DNA from: Candidatus Yanofskybacteria bacterium RIFCSPHIGHO2_02_FULL_43_17
Lineage (GTDB): Bacteria; Patescibacteriota; Minisyncoccia; 2-02-FULL-40-12; GWA2-44-9
Direction: 5' to 3'
DNA length: 64,000 bases
NCBI GenBank assembly: GCA_001794435.1
Contig: MGJU01000014.1
Location: 27,494-91,493, forward strand
Translations under genes and position numbers: made by a program
Shown: positions 1-9,315 of the stretch, piece after piece
Layout of the letters: each line of letters starts with the position of its first letter
How positions within the stretch are numbered: the first letter of the stretch is position 1
The notes under the pieces: generated by a model
Seen by the model: only the letters and a program-made list of their open reading frames with translations
Told to the model about the DNA's origin: nothing
Databases searched by the model: none

Positions 1-46
1 CGCCGACCCGCCGTCTGGCGGGGAGGTGAATTTGACACTTCCCAGA

Positions 47-121
47 TGGCAGCGCTACGGGGAGTCGAACCCCGCTTCTCAGCTTGAAAAGCTGATGTCC
101 TAACCGATAGACGATAGCGCC
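47..121 (-). tRNA. tRNA-Glu(TTC)
   Basis: Cloverleaf on the reverse strand: GGCGCTA...TAGCGCT-G-CCA, anticodon arm TCAGC-TT-TTC-AA-GCTGA, TTCGA T-loop. Confidence 0.95.
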
Positions 122-215
122 TCTACTACGCTAAAGCTCCGAAGAGCGCAGCATAATTGTTAAATTATCGCACAAAAATTGAAAAAAATCAATAAAAATG
201 ATAAAATATTACCCT

Positions 216-1280
216 ATGATGATACTTGGTATCGAAACATCCTGTGATGAAACGGCGATAGCCGTTCTTGAGATTAAAAACGGCAAAATTACGGTTCTAT
301 CTAATACCGTCTCATCTCAAGTTAAACTTCATGCGAAGTTCGGTGGCGTTGTGCCAAATCTCGCAGCAAGAGAACATGCTAAAAACATAGGACTCGTTTT
401 TAAGCTTTCTTTGAAAAAAGCGGGGGTTAAAGATTTTGGTAAGGAAATCCGCCTGATAACCGTAACTCGCGGTCCCGGGCTTGGTCCTTCCCTTTTAGTC
501 GGCTTGGCTTTTGCTAGAACTATCGCCTGGAAATATAACAAGCCTCTAATCGGAGTAAACCATTTGGAAGGACACATCTACTCCAACTGGCTAAAGCCAG
601 TTGGAGTAAACTCAACCCTTCGTAGTTTTAGCAAAGTAGGACCAGTCCTGAATCTTATTGTATCGGGTGGCCATACAGAGTTGGTACTGATGAAAGGACA
701 TGGAAAGTATAAGATTATCGGGGAAACCTTAGACGATGCTGTCGGCGAAGCATTTGACAAGGTCGCTAGACTTCTCGGGCTTGGTTATCCCGGCGGTCCG
801 ATGATTTCCAAAATTGCCGAGCGAGGTGACAGCACCCGCTTTCCCCTGCCGCGGCCGATGCTTAATTCAAAGAATTTTGACTTCAGTTATTCGGGACTTA
901 AAACAGCAGTCCTCTACCTCCTTCGGGACTTAAAAGAAAGCGGTGAGAAAATAAACAAGCAAACAAAAGCTGATATTGCCGCTTCATTTCAAAAAGCAGC
1001 CACGGACGTTCTGGTTTTTAAAACCATCAAAGCTGTTCAAGAATACAAAGTTAAATCACTATTCCTGTCCGGGGGTGTTTCCGCTAACAAAGAACTAAGA
1101 AAGCGGCTGGCAACAGAAGCAAAAAAGATAGGCATAAAATACTCGCAACCAGAGATGGAATATACCGGCGACAATGCTGCAATGATAGCGGTGGCCGGAT
1201 ATTTCAAAGTAAAAAGTAAAAATGAAAAAGTAAAAACCGATTGGGGGTCGATTAAGATGGATGCCAATCTGGGATTCTGA
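216..1280 (+). CDS. tsaD: tRNA N6-threonylcarbamoyladenosine synthesis protein TsaD
   Basis: LGIETSCDETA, GGVVP..A.R.H, GPGL, HLEGH, VSGGHT, DDAVGEAFDK, DNAAMIA. Start placed at ATG 216, downstream of TTGAAA-N17-TAAAAT. Confidence 0.96.
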   Translation: MMILGIETSCDETAIAVLEIKNGKITVLSNTVSSQVKLHAKFGGVVPNLAAREHAKNIGLVFKLSLKKAGVKDFGKEIRLITVTRGPGLGPSLLVGLAFARTIAWKYNKPLIGVNHLEGHIYSNWLKPVGVNSTLRSFSKVGPVLNLIVSGGHTELVLMKGHGKYKIIGETLDDAVGEAFDKVARLLGLGYPGGPMISKIAERGDSTRFPLPRPMLNSKNFDFSYSGLKTAVLYLLRDLKESGEKINKQTKADIAASFQKAATDVLVFKTIKAVQEYKVKSLFLSGGVSANKELRKRLATEAKKIGIKYSQPEMEYTGDNAAMIAVAGYFKVKSKNEKVKTDWGSIKMDANLGF

Positions 1281-1293
1281 TAGTATACAAGGA

Positions 1294-3390
1294 GTGGAAC
1301 TTCCAAAGACATACAACCCGCAAGAAACAGAGGACAGGATTTACAAACTCTGGGAAGAGAGCGGTTTTTTTACGCCGGAGAATTTGCCCCTTCGACAAGA
1401 TCAGGACAAGCCGGAAGAAGTAAGAAAATTTGTTACCTGTATCGCTCCCCCAAACATAACCGGCGAACTGCATATGGGACATGCTCTTGAACTTACAATG
1501 CAGGATATTTTGGTACGAATGAAAAGAATGCAAGGACACAAAACTTTATGGGTGCCGGGGATAGATCATGCTGGCATCGCCGCCCAAAATGTAGTGGAGA
1601 AACAACTCAAAAAGGAAGGCCTGACCCGCCATGACCTTGGTCGCGAAAAATTCGAACAAAGAGTCCGGGAGTGGAAAGAAAAATACGGAACCGCTATTCT
1701 TGGCCAGTTCAAGAAACTTGGTATTTCCGTTGACTGGTCTAGAACCCGCTACACTCGGGATGAAGAATACGAAAAAGCAGTCTGTAACGCATTCGACAAA
1801 TACAAAAAAGAGGGTTGGATCTATAAAGGCCTTAGGGTGGTTAATTGGTGTACCAGATGCGGAACCGGAATTTCCGACCTTGAAGTAAATTATGTTCCCG
1901 AAAAAACCAAACTTTACTTCATTAAATATGGCCCCTTTACTCTGGCCACCACCAGACCGGAAACAAAGCTCGGCGACACGGCCCTCGCAGTTCATCCCGG
2001 CGACGAACGCTATCGTGATTATGTGGGCAAAGAAATTGAGATCGAATCCGTGGATAACAATATTCCCCTTCTGGAAGAACCTAAGCTGAAAACAATAAAG
2101 ATAGAGGTGGTAGCCGATGAATCCGTGGACAAAGAATTCGGCACCGGAATAATCAAGGTAACGCCGGCTCACGATACCACCGATTTTGAGATCGCCCAAC
2201 GCCACAATCTGCCCTCGATCAAAATAATCGACGAACACGGAAAAATGAATAAGAATGCGGGACAAAGATATCAAGGCATGAAAACTGCCGAAGCCAGAGA
2301 ACAGATTGCCAAAGATCTCGAAGCCATCGGCTTGATGGGTAAGATTGAGGACTATGAACACAACATCGCCCGCTGTGACCGCTGCGACTCCGTGATCGAA
2401 CCCCTGCCTTCGGAACAATGGTTTTTAAAAGTGTCTGAACTTGCAAAGTTAGCCGATGAGGCGATCCGCAACAACGAAGTAGAGATATATCCCAAAAACT
2501 GGAAAGATGTCACGTTGAAATGGATAAACAATATGAGAGACTGGAATATCTCTCGCCAACTTTGGTGGGGACACAAAATACCGATCGAAGGCGAGGAAGA
2601 TGTTCTGGACACATGGTTTTCATCCGCTCTTTGGCCTTTCGCCGTCTTGGGTTGGCCGGAAGAAACAAAAGACATGCGAGAATACTATCCCACTCAATTT
2701 ATAACTTCGGATAGGGGTATTGTGTTTTTGTGGCAGATCCGGATGATATTTTCCGGAAAATATTTCACCGGCAAAGTCCCCTTCTCCGTAATTTATATTC
2801 ATCCCACGGTTTTAACAAAAGACGGCAAAAGAATGTCAAAATCACTTGGCACGGGCATTGATCCGGTCGGACTTATTGAGAAATATGGAGCTGACGCTCT
2901 GCGATTCGGCCTAGCCTATCAGAATACCGGGATACAAGACATGCGGTTCAATGAAGATGTCATACTCATGGGGAAAAAGTTCGCCAACAAATTGTGGAAC
3001 ATCGCCAGATATATTTTGATGAAAACGGGAGACAATTTTGAAGCCAAAAGAACTAACCATGAAATCATAAAAAAAATGGAGAGCACAGTCTCTTTGGTTT
3101 CAGAAAACATAAATTCATACAAATTCGGCGAGGCGGCCCACGAACTATATGATTTCATCTGGCACGATCTTGCCGACAAATACATAGAGGAGACCAAGGA
3201 TAAAGAAGATATCGAAACCAAACAAACACTAGCTTACGTTTTAATTAATTCCTTAAAACTTCTCCACCCTTTTATGCCTTTCGTGACTGAAGAAATTTGG
3301 TCAAAATTACCCACAAAAGACCCCGAAAAATCGCAAAGCGATCTCGGAGCAAGCAAGAAATTACTGCTTGTGGAAGAATGGCCTGCCTAA
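1294..3390 (+). CDS. valS: Valine--tRNA ligase (short form without C-terminal coiled coil)
   Basis: PPNITGELHMGH, PGIDHAGIA, ATTRPET, DWNISRQLWWGH, DVLDTWFSS, RMSKS. GTG 1294 is the likely start (ORF track starts at 1261). Confidence 0.96.
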   Translation: MELPKTYNPQETEDRIYKLWEESGFFTPENLPLRQDQDKPEEVRKFVTCIAPPNITGELHMGHALELTMQDILVRMKRMQGHKTLWVPGIDHAGIAAQNVVEKQLKKEGLTRHDLGREKFEQRVREWKEKYGTAILGQFKKLGISVDWSRTRYTRDEEYEKAVCNAFDKYKKEGWIYKGLRVVNWCTRCGTGISDLEVNYVPEKTKLYFIKYGPFTLATTRPETKLGDTALAVHPGDERYRDYVGKEIEIESVDNNIPLLEEPKLKTIKIEVVADESVDKEFGTGIIKVTPAHDTTDFEIAQRHNLPSIKIIDEHGKMNKNAGQRYQGMKTAEAREQIAKDLEAIGLMGKIEDYEHNIARCDRCDSVIEPLPSEQWFLKVSELAKLADEAIRNNEVEIYPKNWKDVTLKWINNMRDWNISRQLWWGHKIPIEGEEDVLDTWFSSALWPFAVLGWPEETKDMREYYPTQFITSDRGIVFLWQIRMIFSGKYFTGKVPFSVIYIHPTVLTKDGKRMSKSLGTGIDPVGLIEKYGADALRFGLAYQNTGIQDMRFNEDVILMGKKFANKLWNIARYILMKTGDNFEAKRTNHEIIKKMESTVSLVSENINSYKFGEAAHELYDFIWHDLADKYIEETKDKEDIETKQTLAYVLINSLKLLHPFMPFVTEEIWSKLPTKDPEKSQSDLGASKKLLLVEEWPA

Positions 3391-3408
3391 AAATTGTATA
3401 ATAGGGTT

Positions 3409-4149
3409 ATGTCCCCCGTTTACGCGGCAACATTAGTAACCCTCGGCCTCGCGCCCAGTTTGGTGTGGCTTTCTTTTTACCTAAGAAGAGACTGCCATCC
3501 GGAACCAAAGCATCTCCTAACCAAAGCATTCTTAATGGGGATCATCATCTCCCCTCTCGCTATTTTGCTCCAGTTGGGATTTGCCGAGCTTAGAACCCTG
3601 ATCGGCTTAGAGATTTTCAGCCAGGGCACGCCCACGTTTTTTCTGTGGTCTTCGTTTGTGGAAGAATTTCTGAAATTTTTTGCCATTTATTTGGTGATTT
3701 TAAGGAGTCCGGAATTCGATGAACCGGTTGACGGGATGATATATATGATAACTGCCGCTCTAGGATTCGCCGCCATAGAGAACATACTGGTAATGTTAAA
3801 CCTCATTCCAAACGGCGCCGGTACCGCCCTCAATACGCTGGCCCTCCGATTCATAGGAGCAACACTTCTTCATGCGCTGGCTTCGGGGCTTATAGGTTAT
3901 TTCCTGGCTATGTCCTGGTTCTTTCAGGAACACAAAAAGAAATTGATAGTGTTCGGACTCGCCATCGCGACGCTTTTCCACGCGGCATTCAATATGCTTA
4001 TCGCTTTCGCGCAGGAATCAGCCAATCCCGTCGTCGGTCTGGTCTACACCACCTTCCTGTTAATAATTCTGGCCTTTTTAGTTTCCGTATTATTTGATAA
4101 AATAAAAGAGAGGCACATACATTCACAATCTCTAAATCCTAATTTCTAA
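3409..4149 (+). CDS. PrsW family intramembrane glutamic protease
   Basis: D.HPEP, EEFLK, FDEPVDG, GFAAIEN, two conserved His (LLHA, LFHA), multiple TM segments. Confidence 0.88.
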   Translation: MSPVYAATLVTLGLAPSLVWLSFYLRRDCHPEPKHLLTKAFLMGIIISPLAILLQLGFAELRTLIGLEIFSQGTPTFFLWSSFVEEFLKFFAIYLVILRSPEFDEPVDGMIYMITAALGFAAIENILVMLNLIPNGAGTALNTLALRFIGATLLHALASGLIGYFLAMSWFFQEHKKKLIVFGLAIATLFHAAFNMLIAFAQESANPVVGLVYTTFLLIILAFLVSVLFDKIKERHIHSQSLNPNF

Positions 4150-4216
4150 TCTCTAAATTTTTTGATACTTAAGATTGTTTAGAGATTAGGGTTTAGAAAT
4201 TAGAGACTTTACACAG

Positions 4217-4651
4217 ATGGACGATTTTTTTTCTGATGACAACAATGAATTAGATCCGATCCTGGCAGTTTCCGAAAAGTCCGCCCCAAAGAAGCGAGAT
4301 CTCGCTCTTAACGAGGGTGATTTCGACGGCCAACTGACAGTTGACGTATACCAGACCGAGGATGACATCGTCGTCCAGTCAACCATAGCCGGAGTCGACC
4401 AGAACGATATAGATATAACCGTCACAAACGATATGGTTACAATAAGGGGCAAAAGAACAACGCCGGACAAGGTAAAATCGTCTGATTATTACTATCAGGA
4501 GCTATTCTGGGGGCCTTTTTCAAGATCAATAATCCTGCCCGAGGATGTTGATTCTGATAATTCAAGGGCATCAATGAAGAACGGGCTTTTGACCATACGC
4601 CTGCCCAAATTGGCCAAAACACGAACGAAAAAAATAAAAATATCGGGATAA
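4217..4651 (+). CDS. Hsp20/alpha-crystallin small heat shock protein
   Basis: VDVYQT, WGPFSRSIILP, ASMKNGLLTIRLPK. Confidence 0.92.
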   Translation: MDDFFSDDNNELDPILAVSEKSAPKKRDLALNEGDFDGQLTVDVYQTEDDIVVQSTIAGVDQNDIDITVTNDMVTIRGKRTTPDKVKSSDYYYQELFWGPFSRSIILPEDVDSDNSRASMKNGLLTIRLPKLAKTRTKKIKISG

Positions 4652-5817
4652 TGCCCAATTTATCAAAAAGCTTCATGCTATTTGTAAGCCGGTTATCTAT
4701 AGCCGGCGTTATTGTTTTAGGTGGCTTTCACTTCGGTTCCACTTTTTTTATAGCAAACACAACTGAGAAACTGGAAAAAGTAGAAGTAAAAAACTTAGCT
4801 GAAAAAATAAACGGCCAATCTGTCGACAATCTGGAGATCTATATCCAAAACAGCAAAATGGTCATACTTTCTGAAACTATAAAAAGTTGGCTTGAACCCT
4901 ATGTCAGAAATTACACGGGTAAAAAAGATATCAGAATATCGCCTGAAAGAGTGGGGGTATATCTTGCCTCGATAGCGCCGTTGGTAAACATTCAACCAGT
5001 AAACGCCAAGTTTATACTGGTCAACGGCAAAGCCGAGGAGTTCATCCCGGCTAAAAACGGACAAAACTTAAACCTTGATGCTTCTAAAAAACTTATTATA
5101 GACGCAATAACCAATGGGTATAAGGATGTGAATTTACCTGTTGAGATTATCGAGCCGGCCATAACCTTGGATAAAGTTAATGAATTGGGAATCATCACGC
5201 TTATCGGCCGGGGTGAATCTGACTTTAAAGGGTCGCCTCCTTCCAGAATTCATAATATAAAGATCGGTTCCGCCAAATACAACGGCACGATACTGAAACC
5301 GGGTGAAGAATTTTCTTTCAATTCAATTTTGGGAGAAGTCGATGAAAATAACGGTTACCAGCCGGAACTTACCATTAAGAACGGCAAACTGGTCTACGAA
5401 TACGGCGGCGGATTGTGCCAAGTTTCAACAACCTTATTCAGGTCAGCGATAATGGCCGGACTGCCGATACTGGAGAGAAAACCGCATTCTTTTCCGGTAA
5501 GGTACTACGACCCACAGGGTTATGATGCCACGATATATCCGGGAGTGGTGGATCTAAGATTTAAGAATGACACGCCTAACCACATCCTCATACAATCAAG
5601 GATAGAAGGCTCTAAACTGATATTCGATATTTACGGCTCGGGAGACGGAAGAAAAGTTGCGCTTAACGGGCCTTTTCAATATGATCAAAAAACAAACGGC
5701 TCCATGAAAGCGTATTTTGTCAGAAAAATTACTTCAGCCAACGGTTCCGTAAAAGAGGAGAGATTTGACTCAAACTACGGCGCGCCGGCTCCGCTTGAGA
5801 AGAATCCGTTGGAATAG
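4651..5817 (+). CDS. VanW-family protein with N-terminal anchor and PG-binding-like region
   Basis: RIHNI, PGEEFSFN, GGGLCQVSTTLF, ERKPHS, GYDATI, DLRFKNDT. Confidence 0.88.
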   Translation: MPNLSKSFMLFVSRLSIAGVIVLGGFHFGSTFFIANTTEKLEKVEVKNLAEKINGQSVDNLEIYIQNSKMVILSETIKSWLEPYVRNYTGKKDIRISPERVGVYLASIAPLVNIQPVNAKFILVNGKAEEFIPAKNGQNLNLDASKKLIIDAITNGYKDVNLPVEIIEPAITLDKVNELGIITLIGRGESDFKGSPPSRIHNIKIGSAKYNGTILKPGEEFSFNSILGEVDENNGYQPELTIKNGKLVYEYGGGLCQVSTTLFRSAIMAGLPILERKPHSFPVRYYDPQGYDATIYPGVVDLRFKNDTPNHILIQSRIEGSKLIFDIYGSGDGRKVALNGPFQYDQKTNGSMKAYFVRKITSANGSVKEERFDSNYGAPAPLEKNPLE

Positions 5818-5837
5818 TATAGTTTAGCGCTAGTATT

Positions 5838-5922
5838 GGGCGAGTGGCGGAACTGGAATACGCGCACGGCTTAGGACCGTGTTCCGAAAGGATTGAGGGT
5901 TCGACTCCCTCCTCGCCCACCA
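5838..5922 (+). tRNA. tRNA-Leu(TAG)
   Basis: GGGCGAG...CTCGCCC-A-CCA, CACGG-CT-TAG-GA-CCGTG, long variable arm. Confidence 0.95.
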
Positions 5923-5923
5923 T

Positions 5924-5958
5924 AAACTCAAAATCCCCATCATGGGGATTTTGAGTTT
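5924..5958. terminator. Bidirectional terminator-like hairpin
   Basis: AAACTCAAAATCCCCAT-C-ATGGGGATTTTGAGTTT between convergent genes. Confidence 0.75.
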
Positions 5959-5976
5959 TACTATCGATAACAAAGT

Positions 5977-6348
5977 TTAGGCGAAGAAGGATCGGGTAAT
6001 AAGTCCCGCCAATGTCTGCAGTATCACGCCGACACCCAGCACTACCGCCGCTCCGATCACACCGTTCCATATGGTCGATTGGGCCGATTTGACCTTTTCG
6101 TCGTCGCCTCTGGCTGCCATATACATAACTCCTCCCCAAATAATGAATATAACGGCGAGAATAACTGAAACAATTATCAAAAATTGCGCTATTCTTCTTA
6201 TCAATTCCTCAATCTCAAGTAGGGTTATTGCTGAGCCGGTGGTTGGAGGCGTCGGAGTTGGCAAGGTTCCCGCCAATACCAAAACAGGCATCAAAACCGC
6301 TATTATTGCCAACGCGACTAATGTTGTTCTGCTAATATTTTTTTTCAT
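5977..6348 (-). CDS. TrbC/VirB2-like pilin
   Basis: Signal peptide plus two hydrophobic helices flanking GGVMYMAARGDDEKVKSA, then NGVIGAAVV. Confidence 0.8.
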   Translation of the reverse strand: MKKNISRTTLVALAIIAVLMPVLVLAGTLPTPTPPTTGSAITLLEIEELIRRIAQFLIIVSVILAVIFIIWGGVMYMAARGDDEKVKSAQSTIWNGVIGAAVVLGVGVILQTLAGLITRSFFA

Positions 6349-6422
6349 TCCTCCACCTCCCTTCCGCGAAATTTGCCCATGAGGAGTTGCTGAAAGCAGC
6401 CGAATAGCTGCAAATTTCAGCG

Positions 6423-6531
6423 TCCCGCTCTATCTGGAATCGAAGCTGCAGAATAATACTAGTCAAGACGAAGTCGGTAATTTCACAAAGTCCTGACTGG
6501 CCTATTGCTTTGACTCTAGATAGAGCGGGGT
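6423..6531. repeat. CCCGC...GCGGG terminal-inverted-repeat element
   Basis: CCCGCTCTATCTGGAATCGAAGC ... GCTTTGACTCTAGATAGAGCGGG. Confidence 0.65.
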
Positions 6532-6587
6532 TCCTCGTGTTTTTAACTTACCTTCATTATATCAAATACAAATAAATTTGGTAGTAA

Positions 6588-6647
6588 CCCCGCACCAATC
6601 TTATCCGCTGACCGCCATTAAGAAATGAGGCGGGATTGGAGCGGGGT
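6588..6647. repeat. Short CCCCGC...GCGGGG palindromic element
   Basis: CCCCGCACCAATC ... GATTGGAGCGGGG. Confidence 0.6.
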
Positions 6648-6688
6648 TAAGTGTTTGTCGCCAATCGCTTCGCTCTTGGACAAACAAC

Positions 6689-7099
6689 TTAATAAATACA
6701 CGTTCCTATAATCGGAATCCTTACGGTACAGAAGAAGTCAAGGGTTATTACAGAAGCTATTGTCTGGATAATTACTCCGACACCGAAAATAATCGCCGCA
6801 CCGATAATACCGCTTCTCAGTCGCGCTTGGGCGGCCGTTACTTTGGTCGCATCATCTCCAGCATACATATATGTCACCCCGCTCCAGATGATGAATATCA
6901 CTGTCAACAAAGCGCTAACTGTGATGAAAAATGTGCTGACCCGAAATATTACATAATCCAAAACATCTAGGGTGATCGGATTGCCCGGAAGCAGGCCCTG
7001 ACTGCCGGCTCTGGAACTTGGAACATTTACAACCATCGCCGGCAATACGTAAGCCAGAAAAATGAATAGTGACGAAACTGTCCGTAATATTTTTTTCAT
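6689..7099 (-). CDS. TrbC/VirB2-like pilin
   Basis: WSGVTYMYAGDDATKVTAA...GIIGAAIIFG. Start ATG abuts the 7098-7214 element. Confidence 0.78.
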   Translation of the reverse strand: MKKILRTVSSLFIFLAYVLPAMVVNVPSSRAGSQGLLPGNPITLDVLDYVIFRVSTFFITVSALLTVIFIIWSGVTYMYAGDDATKVTAAQARLRSGIIGAAIIFGVGVIIQTIASVITLDFFCTVRIPIIGTCIY

Positions 7100-7214
7100 C
7101 CCGTTAGAAATAGTACAAAGCACCAACTACCACCGTGCGGTGCCATATACTATTATTTATTGTTTTATTGATATTAATATGATTCATACCCATTAGGGTT
7201 ATTTCTAACGGGAT
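7098..7214. repeat. ATCCCG...CGGGAT element (start-codon type)
   Basis: Perfect 15-bp IR ATCCCGTTAGAAATA / TATTTCTAACGGGAT between the stop of one pilin and the ATG of the next. Confidence 0.8.
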
Positions 7215-7558
7215 TATTCGCAGCTCAACGGTATAAATAAAGTATAATCGGCGCCTAAAGAATTGGCAACCGTAGCAATTATAGTATAAGTTCCGAGTAT
7301 AACTAAAACGCCGACCAATCCCCACAAAAACGACTTTCTGGCTTCGGTCACCTTTGTCGGATCACCTTGCGACATCAAAAATTTCACTCCAAAATAAACA
7401 ACCGCCACCACCACCAAAACAAGGGCGACCCTTGTGATCCAGCAGGCAAGACCGGTTATTATTCCTAAAACATCCTGAATAGTTAAATCTATGCCCGGCG
7501 CAGTTCCGGTCACGCCGTATAATAAAGATCGGGAATTTGGAATTTGGAATTTCATCAA
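7214..7558 (-). CDS. TrbC/VirB2-like pilin
   Basis: YFGVKFLMSQGDPTKVTEARKSFLWGLVG. Confidence 0.8.
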   Translation of the reverse strand: MMKFQIPNSRSLLYGVTGTAPGIDLTIQDVLGIITGLACWITRVALVLVVVAVVYFGVKFLMSQGDPTKVTEARKSFLWGLVGVLVILGTYTIIATVANSLGADYTLFIPLSCE

Positions 7559-7591
7559 GATTTGTTTAGAAATTAGGACTTACAAATTTAC

Positions 7592-8563
7592 TTAGGGCGT
7601 TCCTCCTAAGTTCAATATGCTCTCTATTAAAGTAATGAATCCTTTGCCTATCATTATTATAGCCAACCCCACCACGGCGTACACTAGTATCTGTCTGGCT
7701 TGAGTCACTTTAGCCGTATCGCCTCGAGAGGTCAAAAACATCACTCCCGCATAAACAATCATAGCTACGGCAATGGGAATGGCGAGGTTAAACAACCAAG
7801 TAGCGATGACATTTATCAATTCTATCAGATTATCCGCCAATATGGGATTAGTGATAGAAAAATTAAACGACTGCGTTGCACCAGGAGCTCCACCGCCTCC
7901 GCCACCACCACCGCCTCCGCCGCCACCGCCACCTCCAGGTGCTTGTTGGCCACAAATATTAACATTGATTTGCAAAGGAGTTCTTCCGGCACAAGCCGGA
8001 ACATCAGATAAATTCTGAAAATTCCCCGGACTGCAAGCGTAAGTGCCGTCACCAGCCACACAGGCCCATATCAATTCTCCGGTACCTACCGTAATCCTGA
8101 CCCTGGGAGACTCGATAACATTTGTATTGTAAATATAACCGGTATTTCCACACTCAATCAGCATATAGACATTTGCATCGGGTCCGCTCCAAGCCGGAAG
8201 TCTTGTTGATTGCGTAACCGATGTCTGAATGCTTTGCCCAGTACGCTGAAAACTCTGCGTACCGCTTGTCAAAACTTCGTCTTCTTCATTATTAAGATCC
8301 AGTTTCAAGCTCCAAACATAAGAACTAATATTATTGTCCCCACAATGCCTAGAATATGCGGCCAAATCTATAACACCCCTCATTGAAAAAGTGACCGGAT
8401 TATTTGGATTAACCACAAGAACTGGATTTGCAGTAAAACTACTGACAGTAAATCCGTTGGCGCTGATACCGCCTACAGTTCCAGCAAGAGCTAGATAATC
8501 AGTCGAAGGATTGATTATAACCAGAATAAAAACATAGAAAAATATGGTAATTTTTCTGATCAT
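7592..8563 (-). CDS. Extended pilin: secreted beta-rich domain, poly-Gly linker, C-terminal VirB2-like pilin
   Basis: C-terminal YAGVMFLTSRGDTAKVTQARQILVYAVVG, Gly run, N-terminal signal. Confidence 0.72.
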   Translation of the reverse strand: MIRKITIFFYVFILVIINPSTDYLALAGTVGGISANGFTVSSFTANPVLVVNPNNPVTFSMRGVIDLAAYSRHCGDNNISSYVWSLKLDLNNEEDEVLTSGTQSFQRTGQSIQTSVTQSTRLPAWSGPDANVYMLIECGNTGYIYNTNVIESPRVRITVGTGELIWACVAGDGTYACSPGNFQNLSDVPACAGRTPLQINVNICGQQAPGGGGGGGGGGGGGGGGAPGATQSFNFSITNPILADNLIELINVIATWLFNLAIPIAVAMIVYAGVMFLTSRGDTAKVTQARQILVYAVVGLAIIMIGKGFITLIESILNLGGTP

Positions 8564-8622
8564 TTGTGTAATATGTTTTCCTTAAGTATTGGTATTGATG
8601 ATTTTTTATATCTGGACATCTT

Positions 8623-9315
8623 TCAATTTATTATACCTTGATCGAATTTATCGGTAAATTCGTTTTCCTGAATATGTTTTGCTTTTTCCCGTCTTCGCCA
8701 CACATACCACCCGCCAGCCGCCAGTATGGCAATGACCAGAGTAATTAATATTACCACGTTCGCAGATAAAAACCCCTTGTCCAAATTCGGCGGCGGCACA
8801 GGCACAGCACTTCGACAGTCATTAGGGCAAGTTTGTTCACTTTCCCCTCTGTCAGAATTGCACGTCCCGTCATCGTTGCAAAAGGAACTCTCGCTCACAA
8901 AAACTGTCAGAAGTATTTTCCCTTGCGAGTCATAGAAAACCGCTTTCTGGCCGTCAGGCGCATATGGCGCTTTGACCGAAATTTTACCTTTCAAAAAGTC
9001 GGGGTTGCCTCGTTTGGGATCAAACAAAAACTCCGCCGCCACCCCGTTCTTAAGGTTAATTATTTCTCCCTTAAAAGGGAATTGGGTATTGAACGTCTCG
9101 GGAGTGAATTCTTCTGGAATAACATCGTACTTGAACTCAAAATCCCTATCGGCAAACAACTGGCCGTTATCATAATAGAGATGAAAATTGTAAACATAAC
9201 TATCTTCTATCCTAATATCAGCCCAAGCTGGAAGTAAAAAAACAAACACAGCCACTGATACGAAGAAAAATATTTTAGAAACTAAATTAAACATTAAAAT
9301 ATGTTGGCATAACAA
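8623..9315 (-). CDS. Hypothetical exported protein with Cys-rich motif and C-terminal TM anchor
   Basis: Signal peptide, CNDDGTCN...E...TCPNDC, TM followed by WRRR. Confidence 0.6.
   Translation of the reverse strand: MLCQHILMFNLVSKIFFFVSVAVFVFLLPAWADIRIEDSYVYNFHLYYDNGQLFADRDFEFKYDVIPEEFTPETFNTQFPFKGEIINLKNGVAAEFLFDPKRGNPDFLKGKISVKAPYAPDGQKAVFYDSQGKILLTVFVSESSFCNDDGTCNSDRGESEQTCPNDCRSAVPVPPPNLDKGFLSANVVILITLVIAILAAGGWYVWRRREKAKHIQENEFTDKFDQGIIN

Noticed and set aside
7890-7937. CCACCG/CCGCCA run as a regulatory G-quadruplex or repeat element
   Set aside because: It encodes the poly-Gly linker of the extended pilin.
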